Below the pieces are notes generated by a model that was not told the origin of the DNA, made no database searches, and saw only the letters and a list, made by a program, of their open reading frames with translations. Source: the human T2T-CHM13v2.0 reference genome, Homo sapiens. Taken from it: 64,000 nt of DNA. Below, piece by piece: positions 1 through 13,310 of this stretch (position 1 is the stretch's first letter; each line of letters begins with the position of its first letter). The translations under genes were made by a program, and so were the position numbers. The DNA lies in the NCBI RefSeq assembly GCF_009914755.1, contig NC_060934.1. The stretch is one strand, 5' to 3'.

Positions 1-178
1 CTGGAAAGGCTGTTAATTAATACCAAAGAACTCTGTAGCATTCCAGGCTTTCTTGAATCTTGCTTCCTCCTTCCTTTTCATCTTTGCCTTGATCTTCAGA
101 CTCAACACAACAGATCTTTTCCCTGCTCCTGAATAATTCATATTTATTTTTCAAAGTAAATTTTTCTTTTGCTATTTC

Positions 179-465
179 TTTTTGAGACAGAATCTCACTC
201 TTTTGCGCTGGCTGGAGTGCTGTGGTGCAATCACAGCTCACTCCAGCCTTGATATCCCAAGCTTGAGCAATCCTCCCGCCTCAGTCTCTTGAGTAGCTGG
301 GAGTACAGGCACATGCCACCATGCCTGGCTAATTTTTGTCTTTTTTGTAGAGACAGGTTTTTGCCATGTTGCCTAAGCTGATCTCGAACTCCTGAGCTCA
401 AGCAATCTGACCACCTTGGCCTCTCAAACTGTTGAGATTACAGGTGTGAACCACTTCACCTGGCC
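179..465 (-). mobile_element. Alu (AluJ-like)
   Basis: Antisense Alu dimer, poly-T head, diverged; degenerate TSD tcttttg..attt. Confidence 0.9.
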
Positions 466-1147
466 TCTTTTGTAATTTTTCTCGGAATGCTGCCTTCCTC
501 CTGCTCACCTACCTGGACTCTATCCATCCTTCACAATCTAGAAGATCCAAACCCAATTGTTCTATTAGATATTCGTCAATTCCACCATTTCACACTTATT
601 GGATTCTTCTTTGAAAAAGTCTAGATTTAGTGTCTATACTTATTTTTTGACATCTTATCATAAAATTTAGAGAAGGTAGACTAGTGTTCTCATTAAAATG
701 CTATTTGTTTTAACTCTGGCAGCAATATAAAACTGAGCATTTTTCCACCTTAAGGACTAACCAAACTAAGGTACAGACTGCTAAGTCTCTAAAGGCAAAA
801 TATTTGCTGAATATACAATATTGTCATATTTTGACAAATTCTGTTCTTTTAACATAGACACCCTAGCACAGGGCTTAATAAGTGTTCTGCAAGCGGTAGA
901 TATTCAGTATATCTGCATAATTTACATAACTTTCTTCAAGGAACTAAATCATTAATCTTCAAGTCATTTTTGTGTAATAACAAAGCAATTATAATTTCTA
1001 GTTATATCTGATCAGTCACCTCAGGTTATATCTTCACATACAAAATGAAGCTATAAACAAAGAATACATATAGACTATACAAGATTTTTTTAAATTCCAG
1101 CAATAATTAAGGGAAACACTGTTTTTACATGAATGATGAACAAATAT

Positions 1148-1169
1148 ATGTGTGTGTGTGTGTGTGTGT
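1148..1169. repeat. (TG)n microsatellite
   Basis: About 11 TG units. Confidence 0.9.
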
Positions 1170-1973
1170 ATAATGACAAAGATATTCTCATCTATCACAG
1201 ATAATTAGTAAAGAAACTGAAAATCATACACATTTCCAGTTAGGGATCCTAATTTTTCCCCATCACTGCTATATAAATTGAACAGGCATTAGGCTTATTT
1301 AATAGTTTTTATACATCAGCAACTTCAGAAAAGCCACACTGCCGAATTTAAGAAACAGTCAATTCATAACTCATTATAAATATTTAAAGAGCATTAAATA
1401 TGGAGGCAGATATGGTCCCAAAAATAATATTCCAGATATTGTGATAGATGACATAATATAATGTTTAGTCCCATACTTTCTAAAATCAGGGCTTCTCAAA
1501 CTTTTCCATTGAAACTGCCCCTCTTGACAAAATATCCTAATAAAAAGGCTGAGAGGGAACATATATCCCCTATCCCCAGGAATAAGAAAGCAGAACCTCC
1601 AAATACTCCACTATTCTAAACTTCTCATGCTTAATCTTAAAAATTCATGCTCTAAGAAGACATGCCATATTTATTCTATGACTTTGCATCATGTACTCTC
1701 AGTGCTACAAGTTACCAACTTTGAGAAGCACTCACTTAAACCAATGTATGTCTATCTGAAAAACATTTTCCTACATTATGCTAATGGAACAATTTCATTG
1801 TATAATGCTGGAGGCATATAAGAATGAAAACTGACATTTGTTGAGTACTAAGTATGTAAAAGGCATTACATTAGGTTTTTGTATATATAAAATCTCAATT
1901 TTCAAAATGTAAATATTATCATGCCCACTGTAAGGAAGGAACTGAGGCACAAGGAGATTAAAATAGCTATCCC

Positions 1974-2321
<348 letters not shown>

Positions 2322-3238
2322 CTACTTTGTATCCAGGTCTCTATTACATTACATCCTCATCAAAATTTTACTTTTACAGAAATCTCAGACTCTGACTGGT
2401 GTTTTTAACTTACTTTTCAAGAATTTAATGATGCTATGCTCAGCCCAACAGTCACTATTGTCTAACAAGAAACTCTTCCCTTGTGTCAGAGCTGTGAATC
2501 AACAAAGGGGAATGTAAGACTGTTTTTATTTAAAATACACCAAAATCCAGCCTCTAAATTGAACCAATTCTTAGGTTCAAGTAAGATTTGGCATTGTAAA
2601 AAGATAGGATATAAATTTCATATACAAATCATAGATCTAATCTAAAAGAACAGCATGAGATGACAGAACACATGAGCAGAAGTTATTAATACTTAGCAAA
2701 TCTTAAATCTCATTAGCTTCCATCACTTGTTGCATGAATGTCCTTGAGGTTTTTTGCCTCTCTGGGACTTATGTTCACCATATCAAGAGATGGGCTAGCA
2801 GATTTTTAAGTTCCTTTCCATTCATAAGGTTTTATCTCTTTATAATTTTGCTGCTCACTCATCTCAATTTCTATACTTGAGTTTCCATGTCTCACAGCTA
2901 GTACCTTTATATTAGCATATTTCTAAGCAATTAATTTTCTTACTCTACATTTCTATCAATATTGGTACTTTCTTCTTAAAATGCTCCCTCAGTCATTGCT
3001 TCTGGATAATTTTCATTTTATAATTACATATTGAACACAACAGCCCAATAAAAGCTGCTGCCTAAGTTCACTCTGAGCTGTGTCGGCAAACTGTTTATGA
3101 TGTCAGCTGCTACTTCAGTGTATTTGTTTTTTAAAACAGTTTGGTGATTTGACATTGGTACTTAAGCTTAAATTATACTGTGTTTTAAATTTACATATTT
3201 AAGTACATTAAAAGCCACAGGTAAACTATGTTACTAAC

Positions 3239-3435
3239 CATCTTCCAGTCTGATTTGCAATCTGTTCTTCTAATTTCTGTAGCTCCGATGTATAGGCCAT
3301 TAGTCGAGCATTGCACACCATGAGATTCTTAACTGCATGTAAAACTTGATCTTTCTGAGTGCTCAGAGAAAGGAGTTTCCATATTCCTTCTCGCATTCGA
3401 ATTTCTAAGTCTATTTTTTCTTGAATGTTGCAGTC
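3239..3435 (-). CDS. RTKN2: RTKN2 coding exon 2 (197 nt), HR1/REM-1-type Rho-binding region
   Basis: Acceptor T10-AG (AG at 3437-3436). Phase-0 open frame DCNIQEKIDLEIRMREGIWKLLSLSTQKDQVLHAVKNLMVCNARLMAYTSELQKLEEQIANQTGR+TG, then donor GTTAGT at 3238. In frame with exon 1; the gene continues off the left edge. Confidence 0.95.
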
Positions 3436-3694
3436 CTAAAAAAAAAATGCATCTTGAAAATATAGCAAAAACCCAAAATTACATCTTAACCCATAATAGA
3501 TCGAAAATAGGTATCATAATTGTATACCATATTGAGAAAGCAACAAAGTTTTAATATATGTAGTGTAAAAATAGCTATTTTAAAATGCTCTTTGCAATTC
3601 TTAACTTCTTGCTTCATTAGGAAGTCTTTACAATCTAAAGAAACGGAATAAACGAACATAAACAAAGGTGAGAAACATTATGTGTTCTTATAAC

Positions 3695-4127
3695 TATACG
3701 AAGTTTAATAGCATCCCTCCAAAATTTATGTCCATCCAGAACCTCAGAATGTAGCCTTATTTGGATACAGGGTTTTGCAGATGTAATTAGGTAAAATGAG
3801 AACATACTGGATTAGAGTGGGTCCTAAATCTAATGACTAGTGTCCTTAAAGAAAGGTCCCATGAAGACACAGTCACATACAGAGAGAATGACATGTGAAG
3901 ACAGAGACTAATATGTCTATAAGCCAAAAAAATACCAAGGATTGATGGCAATAATCAGAAGCTGGAAAAGGCAAGAAAAGAATTCTTTCCTAGGGCCTGC
4001 AGAGGAGCATGACCCTGCCAGTTCCTTGATTTCAGACGTCTGGCCTCCATAAGTTTGAGAATAAATTTCTCTTGTTTTCAGCCACTCAGTCTTGGTCATT
4101 TGTTATAGCAGCCTTAGAAAACATACA
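3695..4127 (+). mobile_element. MaLR solo LTR (MLT1B/C-like)
   Basis: Characteristic motifs: agaacctcagaatgt..ttatttgga, gcagatgtaatta, ttgatttcagac..ctggcctcca, aataaatttc, ttgttatagcagcc. Confidence 0.8.
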
Positions 4128-5325
4128 ATAACTAATGTGAACAATATATCACACATATATATTATATACATTGTATTAAGAGATGGCAGTGTGGTTGATG
4201 ACAGTGAATTAACCAAGAAAAACATTCTGAAAAAAGCAGATACTGAGTAAAGGAGCCAAGGTTTAGTAGCAGGGAGGAAACAGGCTATTTGTAACAGTAG
4301 GCAGTGTAAATACAATCTCAGAAGCAAGAGAGTGAAAGCGCTGTACACTGAAAATGTCAGAAGCCTTAGCTATCTGGAACAGAGCTTTAGAATACAATTC
4401 TGGACATACCATTTATTTTAGTTTTAGGGTTCACCATGAAACTACTAAGTATTTTATTGCTGAAAGTCTTTTATTCCATATAATTATCTTTTAATGGCCT
4501 GATTCTACATATAAGTTTCACACGCAACATTAAAATTCTACAAACTGAATGTACAGTTCTGATTTAATTCACAATGACTTTATAAAAATTATAAATCAAA
4601 GGTACTCTTTATTATATCACAAACATGTAATGTTTCTGGTATGTCTATTTCTAAAACATAAAGTGACCATCCTAGTTTCTATGGCAAAAAAATAAAGACT
4701 ATAATTTACCTTCTGAATGGATCAAAATGTAAATTTAAAAATGTAAATGAAATCTAATACCAAAAGGTCTATACAACCTTTTCAAAAAGAAAAGATGAAA
4801 GTTAGGAGAGCTAATAGTTTTTGAAGACTACCCCAAAAGACAAACTACAGTAGATGATTTAACTTGACTATCCAAATCAATCAACTGTACTATTTACACA
4901 CAGAAAACAGCTGTTTAATTACCTTCTGTAATTACATCATGTAATCACCACATAAAAACCTTCTCATATAGTGTTGTAACTCAAAACTGGTGTACTATAT
5001 AAATGTAGTCATTTGCTGGTTTTCCTTCATTACACATGACTGAATTTCAACAACTCCATTTCATCTTTTTATGACTTACTAGCCCCAAAGTAAATTCTTC
5101 TTCAATGTAATTAGCAATTAATTATAAGAATTATCTATGTGACCCATATGTCTATAGAAATAAACTCTGGCAGACTGACTATATTGGGGAGTGCACATAG
5201 GGAGCAACCTAAAGCTGGGATGAATAGCTTTACCCCACAACTCAAATATAAACAAATACCATCTGGTGCCACTAAATTCAACTTTAGTTTTAAATGATAC
5301 AATGAAACAGGCAGTTGAACTAGCA

Positions 5326-5511
5326 CAGTGGTTCTCAAAGCTGGCTGCATATTAGAATCATCTGAGGCAGAGAGGAAGGGCCTTATAGAAGTACCTAAAC
5401 CTGTGACCTACCCCAAACCAATCAGGCTCTCTGGAGGTGGGGCTTGAGCATTTTTTTTTTTTTTACAGTTCCTCTGGTGATTCAATGGTCAGCTAGGGTA
5501 GAGAAGCACAG
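5326..5511. mobile_element. hAT-Charlie MER5-like DNA transposon relic
   Basis: cagtggttctcaaa..gctgcatattagaatca.. start; degenerate terminal inverted repeat gagaagcacag. Confidence 0.75.
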
Positions 5512-5828
5512 CTGGACTATTTGAAATTCCACAGCAATCTTGAAACTTGCAACAACCTTAAAGAACCAGCAGGTGGCTACAGCCACATTAAGGAATCAGT
5601 TTGTGTTTCTATCACATAAATGAAGAGTATCTTCTCACCATCACTTATAATGAAGACTCCATAAAACTATAGAAGCTTGGGAAATAGTAGAGAAAGAAAA
5701 TGTAAAGTCAGGATTAAAAAAAAATGTACGTGTAAAAAGTTTGAAGATGATGTAAGATTAAAGTACTATTTATTAAGGAAATGAGGTGTATCTAACAGAT
5801 ACTACTATTAAGATTTTTTCCTTTAGAG

Positions 5829-6030
5829 CAAGGGTCAGAAAACTATGGCCTGGCTGGGACCTGGTTTTGTAAATAAAGTTACACTGGAGCACAGACACAC
5901 TCATTCATATTGTCTATGGCTCCTTTAAGCTACAAGGGCAGAGTTGAGCAACTTCAACAGAGACTGAGTGGCCTGCAAAGCTGAAAATACTTACTGTTTG
6001 CCCCTTTATAGAAATAGTTTACTGACCCAT
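5829..6030 (+). mobile_element. hAT-Charlie MER58A-like
   Basis: caagggtcagaaaactatggcc..gttttgtaaataaagtt..ggcctgcaaagctgaaaatacttact..agtttactgaccc. Confidence 0.8.
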
Positions 6031-7334
6031 AATCCAGCCAAATTAACATACACAGTAAACTATAATCTTACCTCCCTCGCTGAGGCAGGTCTCAGGCAAA
6101 TGTCAGTTAAGTGGATCCCAGAAGGCTAACATAAGCAGGATGAATTGTTAAGTGTACATATGGTTTTCAATGTATTCTGAGCTGTTGGTTTTTTTTTTTT
6201 TTCTTAAGGCTACTGTTTTAGCCAGTTTTGTATTTCCCATGCAACTTCTTTTAGTACACATCTACATTTTACATGCAGAAAAAGCCTCTCTGGTTAAGCA
6301 GTGCTAGCTCTAGCAAGGAAGGGTTTATGGAACCAAAACTCTTTAGAGTTGTCTTTAGTTACTAAGGGTATACAATGCATCAGGGGTAAGGGTTCATGTC
6401 TAGTGCTATCCCCAGCAAGAATAATGATCATGTAATAAGGGTACCGATTGGGCATTCAATAGTGATGTTTATTAACCTCAAAGAAGATGAGTAGGGAATG
6501 GAAAATAATCAGTGTCGCTCCCTCAGCCATAATGGCTTGGCCAGGTAGAGTCAAGGCTGATTAGGACCAAAGACAAAAGCTGGTCTCTCTGTAACCATTC
6601 CTTTTAGGATTGTTTGAATGCCAGTCTCCAGGAACAGCAGAGAATGAGGTAAGGCCATCATACTCTTATTTCTTTTCCAATTTTCTGAGTAAGGGCTTGC
6701 CTCTAATCAAGTCAAACAGAAGCCTGTGTCACTGTCCTGACGCTATAAGTAGTTAAAGTCAGGCTGATAAAAATATATGGACAAGGCTATGAATGAAATA
6801 GGAGCATACCTTAAAAACAGAAATTTAGGTTAAGTAGGAAACAGAAACCTACTAGGTTTTAAGAGCTAGCCTAGCATGAAGGAAGTGCAAAGAAAATGGC
6901 TTTATTGTTGGTATTAAAAACTGACTAAAAAAACCTGAAGTTGAACTCCCGGTAAGACAACTGCAGTAATCAAGACAGAAACTATGATTCACCTAATGGA
7001 TATAGTTAAGCCATGTTAACAAAGACCAAGGTGAAGAAGAAAAGAGTAAATACAGTACGTTCTCATTTTGCTAAAAGAAACTGTGTGGATTTTAAGAATT
7101 GTTTATGTACAGAAAAAAGTCTGGAAATTGTTAACAGCGGCCATTCTGGGGAATGGAACTGGATGGAGACCAAATTCTTAAATTCATGTTTCTGTATATG
7201 TTGACTTTTCTGCAATGAGATAGTATTACTTTTTGAATTTTATTTTTATTAAGATGCCAAAAGCTTAAACATTTGTAAGAAAAGTAGGGGACTGCCCTAA
7301 CCACTCAGATGAATAGGACAAAGGATAATAACAA

Positions 7335-7545
7335 CAATAGTCATCTCTGAAGCACATCCTGAGTGCTAGGTGCTGTGATAAGTACTTTAGAGAGGTTCTC
7401 CAATTCCAACAGCTGTCTGGGATAGGCGGAATACCCAAGCTACAACGGTGGAAACTGAAACTTAGAAAACAGAGATAACTTATTCAAGGTTGCACAACAA
7501 GAAGAGTTTGGTTTGACCTGAATCTGACTCCAAAGCCAATACTCT
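7335..7545 (-). mobile_element. MIR
   Basis: Antisense MIR core: ggaaactgaaactta..ttattcaaggttgcaca..tctgactccaaagcc. Confidence 0.7.
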
Positions 7546-8799
7546 ATGCTGTGAGGAGTCGCAGAGGACTCCAGGGTTTCAGTAGAGGTGTTTGACCAGT
7601 GTGTGACCACCTCAAAATCTTTGGCCTTATCTCGATTACGTGGCAGCTTCGTTCATGTATCAAAGGAAATACCAAATAAAAATTCAGTGTTAGTCAAGTA
7701 TAAAATTATCTGACTCTCAATATTCCTGTTAGGTTGCAACCTACTACTATTTTGTGTTTTTTCTTCAAATCCAAACTGAGGAAGTAATTCCACATTTCAA
7801 TCATTTTGATTTTGTCCTGCCTAAGAAATTAAGTATTGTATCTTCCCACATGTAAATAACCCAGGCTTTATGTATATTTAAACATTTATTTTCATTCCAT
7901 GCAACTAAACTTCATGATTTTATCCTCTTGTCGCTTCTGTACCATTCCTATTCTTGCAGCCTGCAGCTCAATAAATACACCTGGACAGCTACACCTACAC
8001 CTATATGATAGGTGCAAGAACATCAATAGAATGGCAATTCACTATAAATCAAGATTTTGTTAGCAATCAGGACAGCCAAAGTACATAACAGGACAGGACT
8101 GAAAAAAAGTACATCAAAATCTTTGAAATTTTTGAAAATGCTGGCATAAAACAGCATAAGTATTACTGATAAAGACACTGGACTTCTTTTGCATAATGAA
8201 TCTTAATGTCTTGCTTTATTTTTCACAGTATTATTGAAAACTAATAATTTTGTGTCTGCTAAGGAAATCCCAGATTTTTAAACAAAGATATCAGGTGCCT
8301 CCATATGAATGAAATTGCAAATATTCTACCAATTTTGACCTACAAAACTGGCAATTTCATATGGCTTAACCTATTTCTGAAGTAGGTAAAAGAAGGTAGA
8401 GATTAAAATAGAAGTGAAGGTCCAGCTTAAAGACATCAGAGTTTTCTTTTAAGACCCTAAAGTTATGGTTAAGAGTGAAAAGTGGTAACATTTTAATAAC
8501 TGATGCTGCCAAGAAATAATGTTGGTTTAGTAAAAAGTAAAATAAAAAGGTTTCTAACGCATTTTACATGGCTCAAAAGCAAACATCAAACTTCTATCCA
8601 ATGTCACGTGTACTCCCTCTTTCCTTTCAAATGATTTGAGAAAGAACCCAGTATCAAACCTTCAACTTTTTCTAAAGTGCAGAGGTTGCTGTTTGCCTCT
8701 ACTCCGCTCCGAACCCCCTCCCCCCAACCAGTTCTGTGTTGTGTGTAGACATCGCTCCATTACTGTGCTTCCCATTAAATCCGTAATAAGCCAGCTGTC

Positions 8800-9750
8800 C
8801 ACTGGCCTCGCTGGGTTTCTTGGGAATCGAGGGGCTCCCATTTCCCCGGCATCACCTACACCTGCAAAAAGACAGGCGTCCAAAGCCTGGGGAGGGCAGC
8901 GGACAGGTGCGCCCGCAAACGCGCGCCTGGACCCCGGCACCGCCTTCCCAATCCGGACCTCAGCTGCCTGAGAAACTCGGGGGTTCCGATGTCCAGGCCC
9001 TTTAGAGCCCCAAGAGCGCAGTCTCCTAATCCCTCCCTTTGTTTCTGGCCACCGCTGAAATAGAGGAGCGGGGGAGAGGCTTTCCCGACTCCTCCACAAA
9101 GCAAATGCGCGAGGAACAGAACCCCGGCTCCCTCACCTTCCGCGGCAGGGTCCCTCCCGCAACTCACCTGCTGGGTGGGAAGCCCCGCCAGGCGGAGCGC
9201 AGGACCCCTCAGGCTCGGCCCCTCCATCTCCAACGCGAACTGTCCGGGCCGTCGCCACTCCTTCAAAGGGAAGATTTGAAAAGCCCGCCCCTGGCAGGAG
9301 CCGCAGAGGACGCCAACCGCCCGGCCGTACCAAGTCCCAGTCGCAGGGGCCGGGGGCGCAGGAGGAGCCGGGCCGAAGCGCACGCGCAGTGGGCGCGCCT
9401 TGCGCTCTGCAGCTCCCGCCGCCGGAAGTTGCCGAGACCCCAGGCTCTAGCGCGGCGGGGCGGGGGAGAGGGCGGCGGTGCCGGACTTAAGTCCCGGACA
9501 GGGATGTGGGCGGGCCTGGGACGGGAGTGGGAGGGGCCGCGGGGAAAGCTTCGGCGGCGGAGCGCACCTGTCCCAGCTCAGGTTTCTGGCTGGTGGTTTT
9601 CGTGGCACGCCCTTTGCACTGGGAGCTTTCTGCCCGCATCCCACCGAAGGCCTTCCAAAGTGATCGTAGCTGGACAGACTCGAGGCTGCAGTCCCTGTAC
9701 TCCCAGACAACTCAGGAACCCACAGCGTCACTAAGAGCCCACGGTCTCGT
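8800..9750. promoter_or_regulatory. RTKN2: CpG island / TATA-less promoter and 5' UTR of RTKN2
   Basis: High GC and CpG density against AT-rich flanks. NRF1-like GCGCACGCGCA 9378-9388, ETS/GABP CCGGAAGT 9422-9429, GC boxes (GGGGCGGGG) ~9457-9466. Exact TSS cannot be read from sequence. Confidence 0.9.
9168..9227 (-). CDS. RTKN2: RTKN2 (rhotekin-2) coding exon 1, codons 1-20
   Basis: ATG at 9227-9225 in strong Kozak context (GAG ATG G). Encodes MEGPSLRGPALRLAGLPTQQ and ends at a consensus donor CAG|GTGAGT (9168|9167). Lies in a CpG island; recognised as the rhotekin-2 N-terminus. Confidence 0.95.
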
Positions 9751-12094
9751 TCCTAAAGAACCAATAACATTACTCTCAAACACAGCGCTCTCTGTTTCCT
9801 CTCACCTTTCCCAGCGTTGTCACCAGGGTCACCCAGATATCATGGTTTTATTCATCAGGTTCGTGAGATACTATGTCAGGCATTTCACAAGGTCTTGTCT
9901 TTGCCCCCAGTGTTTATAATCCCAGATGTTCCCCGCCAACTACTCTGTCCACTTACTTTGTTTTCTTGCGAAGGATTTCTTTCAGCTCTCTCGCCCTCTC
10001 TTTCCCTCTCCAACATCTAAGGTGATAGCAAAATGGGGTACTATTTCTCAAGAGCCTCATTTCTTGCTGCCCTAAAGATTAGCACAAAGACCCATTTTAA
10101 TTCATGGATTTTGTTAATTATAAAGGGAAACATGGGATTTTTAAAAATCAAAATGAAAGCAGCAAAGATATCACACCCTTGAAAAGTCCTTAAAATTCAT
10201 TGTCCCTAGTTTATCTTTATTTCCCCCTTGAAAAGGCAAGAGGAAGCCTCTTCTTGAAGAGTCTACCAAATCAACCCTCCAGCCCTCATCGCCTAGAAAC
10301 CCTTGGGCATTTTTCCTCCATAAATAGGTGCCCATGTTTTTTCATTTGCCTGGGACAGACCCTGTCTGGGTCTGTTGTCCCAATGTTGCACCAATCTTGC
10401 ACTTATCCCGTAGTGGATATTATGTGGTCATTTTAACTGCAAGACCCTTTTAAAAGCAGTTGGTTTGAGAATGTACTTTAAAAATATAATGGATACCCTT
10501 CCTCAAATAGGTAAAATGCCTCTTTAAGACCTTTTGGACTAGGTGATACTAGAAGCTTCCCAGTTGGGAATGATGGTCCCCTTGCATTATGAATGACCCA
10601 TATCCTTACAACAATAAAATATGTGTTCAAAATTATCAACACGGAGCTCACCTCGTTTTCTACAAACACAGGTCTGAATTTCAGAATCATTATGTGCCCT
10701 TTCCTCCAATGCACATCTCTCTCTTATGCTACCACTTTGTGGTATAATTATCCCCTACTCAGTATGAGGCTGCATGAGCCTAGCTGTAGTACCTGACTCA
10801 AAAGAAAAACACACCGCGAGCCCATCATCAGACACATAGTACTTACAACACATACAGCTCTCAGTTGCAGATCAAAATACATGTAGAAGCCAGCACTTCA
10901 TTAAAACAGAGGTGAGTCAACCAGTTTAGAATTGGACACTGATAGAGGAGTATTTGATGAGTTAAAACCAGATATTTAACTGGAGATACATTTATTTATG
11001 ATACTAGAAGAAAGAGATTAGGCAAGATCATATTTAGTAATTATCTGTAGAATACAGTTGTTACAAGAGACCTTTCTCTTGGGAGAAGAAGTTATGATGT
11101 GGTCCTGTTTTTATTATACACCGGGAGAGGTCCCCAGGAATTGCTTAAGTACTTAATTATTATATGATGATTAAAATACCTTGGAGTAGGACTTATGTTT
11201 CCTTATTTATCCTCAAGTCCTTACTTGTTACTGCTAATTTCATCAGCCAGTTTTCTCTGGTGTATGTAATGCACATAAAATATACTCATCCATGGAAACT
11301 ACAAAATTTAAAGAGTTCATATGCAGTGGCTTCATTAGCTTGAGGATTTCTCTATCAATCTATTTATTTTACAGTTCCCAGAAAGTGAGAAGTACTACGT
11401 TTTACCATCTCAAATATCTGAGAGAGAACATTTGGGCATCTCTTAACCCATCATCCCTGGGCTCTTACAGAAGGTCGATATCCACCGAACTGCCCAGATG
11501 TAGTAGCTTCAGCTAGAGGATGAGTGATGGAATTACTGTCCTACCAATATTACTTCTCACTATAAGGTCAATATTTAATACTAATTAAAAATATACGTAT
11601 ATTAGTTATCCCTAATATAGCAGATAGTATTATAATAAATTAAAAACTACAGAAGCCAATCTAGATAATACCAATAGATGCCAAAGTATATTTTTCTTCT
11701 CTTATTTTCTGTATTCTTGTTTTAAACTAAGAGGCTAAAGGAAAAGAAAACACTGAACTTAAAATCAGCTCTCTGTTACACAACAGATCCATTATTTTGA
11801 AAAATGTGGTTTGACACAGAACAGATAACTTGTGATTTTGAATATCCTCCTAGCCTCTCTTATAAAAAAAAAGTCCTCTTAAAAATTCTCTTGGTGCTTT
11901 CTTTTACTCATCTGTTCATCTTGTAGATAATCTGTTTAGGTTGAACTGAATAAATTAAAGTTATATTTTGAATTATATATGGAAGAAACAGAGAGAAAGA
12001 AGGAACTGAGGTCAAGGTGCTAAGCAGAAGTGCAGCATTTTCTTAAATGAATGTCTATGAATAGCTGAAGCATCACATAATCAGAAGGAGGCTA

Positions 12095-12270
12095 TGGAAT
12101 GTGGAGTCTGAGGATTTATTAGCCCGATTACCTTGGGCAAGCCACTCAGTTTTCTTATCTATAAAACAAGTATATAATACCCATCTTGTTTTTTAAAGTT
12201 GTTGGGAGACTCAGATAAGATTTTTGAGAGTGCTTTGTAAACTGTCCCACAAAAACAGGAGTTGTTACTA
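12095..12270 (+). mobile_element. MIR
   Basis: ccttgggcaagccactcagttttcttatctataaaa core. Confidence 0.65.
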
Positions 12271-12399
12271 CTGTAGGAAGAAAACATGAGTACCGAAAGG
12301 CAACTGTAAAGTACCTATAGAACTATGAGAACTGAATGAGAAAAATGTATGTGAATTGGATATATTCAAGATATATCACCTACCACTGCTAAATAATAT

Positions 12400-13310
12400 G
12401 CTATATATAAAGAACTCCTATAAATCAATAAAAATTCAACTGGAAAATGGTCAAAAGGTATGGTAGGCATATTATAGGAGAGTAAATCCAAGTGACAAAT
12501 AAAATAGGAAAGGTTGCTTAACCTTATTATTAGTCTGTAAACTGCAGATTAAGATCCCAAAGAGATATTTTACAGTCACTAGATTGAGAAATATTAAGAA
12601 ATCTGATAATACTAGGGGTTGGCAAAGATGCAGGTCCAAGAGATATTATATGCTGGTGGAGGAGATAGAAATATGTCCAATCACTTTGGAAAAAACAAAT
12701 TTAGAACAGTCTTGTAAAGTTGAAAATGTGTTTACCTAGCAATTCTGCTCCTTGGTATGTATCCTGTGGGAAATTCTTGCAAATTTGTATAGGCAACATT
12801 GCTTATCATAGCAAAAGTATTTTTAAAATCCAAATGCTCATTTCAGGAGCATGGATTAATAAATTGTGGTGATTTACCCAGTAGAATGTCACGTATCTTT
12901 TAAAAAATAAGCCATAATTATGTTTAGTAACATACACATAACTAAATCTTAGAAATACTGAATGAAGAGAACTAGTTGCAGAAGAGTACGCAGAATATAT
13001 AATATTTGTAAACTTGAATAACAAGAGATTCTAAACAACACATTGTTTAAGGAAACAGGTGTGTGATAAAAGTTTATTCTTAACAGTAAAGGAATGCTAA
13101 AAACAAAATTCAGGCTAATGGCCAGCTTTGGAAGGAAGGCAGGAGAACAGGATAGTCACAGAGCCTGCAGATATAGAGCTACTTACTTGTCATGTTTTAG
13201 TTCTTAAGTTGGGTGATGGGTTCACCAGTATTAATTGTAATGTTTACCTGGTAACTTACATATATAACATATATTTAGTATGCATCAAACTTTTCATAAT
13301 AAGAAATTTT
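12400..13310 (+). mobile_element. Old L1M 3' fragment
   Basis: aagaactcctataaatcaataa, cactttggaaaa, cctagcaattctgctccttggtat, ttaataaattgtggt: L1 ORF2-end/3'UTR motifs. Confidence 0.65.

Noticed and set aside
17-241. Minus-strand charged ORF as a possible further RTKN2 exon
   Set aside because: It starts in an Alu, does not resemble the rhotekin-2 continuation as I recall it, and lacks convincing splice sites.
8636-9919. Many overlapping ORFs (up to 231 aa) on both strands
   Set aside because: Stop-poor GC-rich CpG island; only the 20 codons of RTKN2 exon 1 have splice and protein support.
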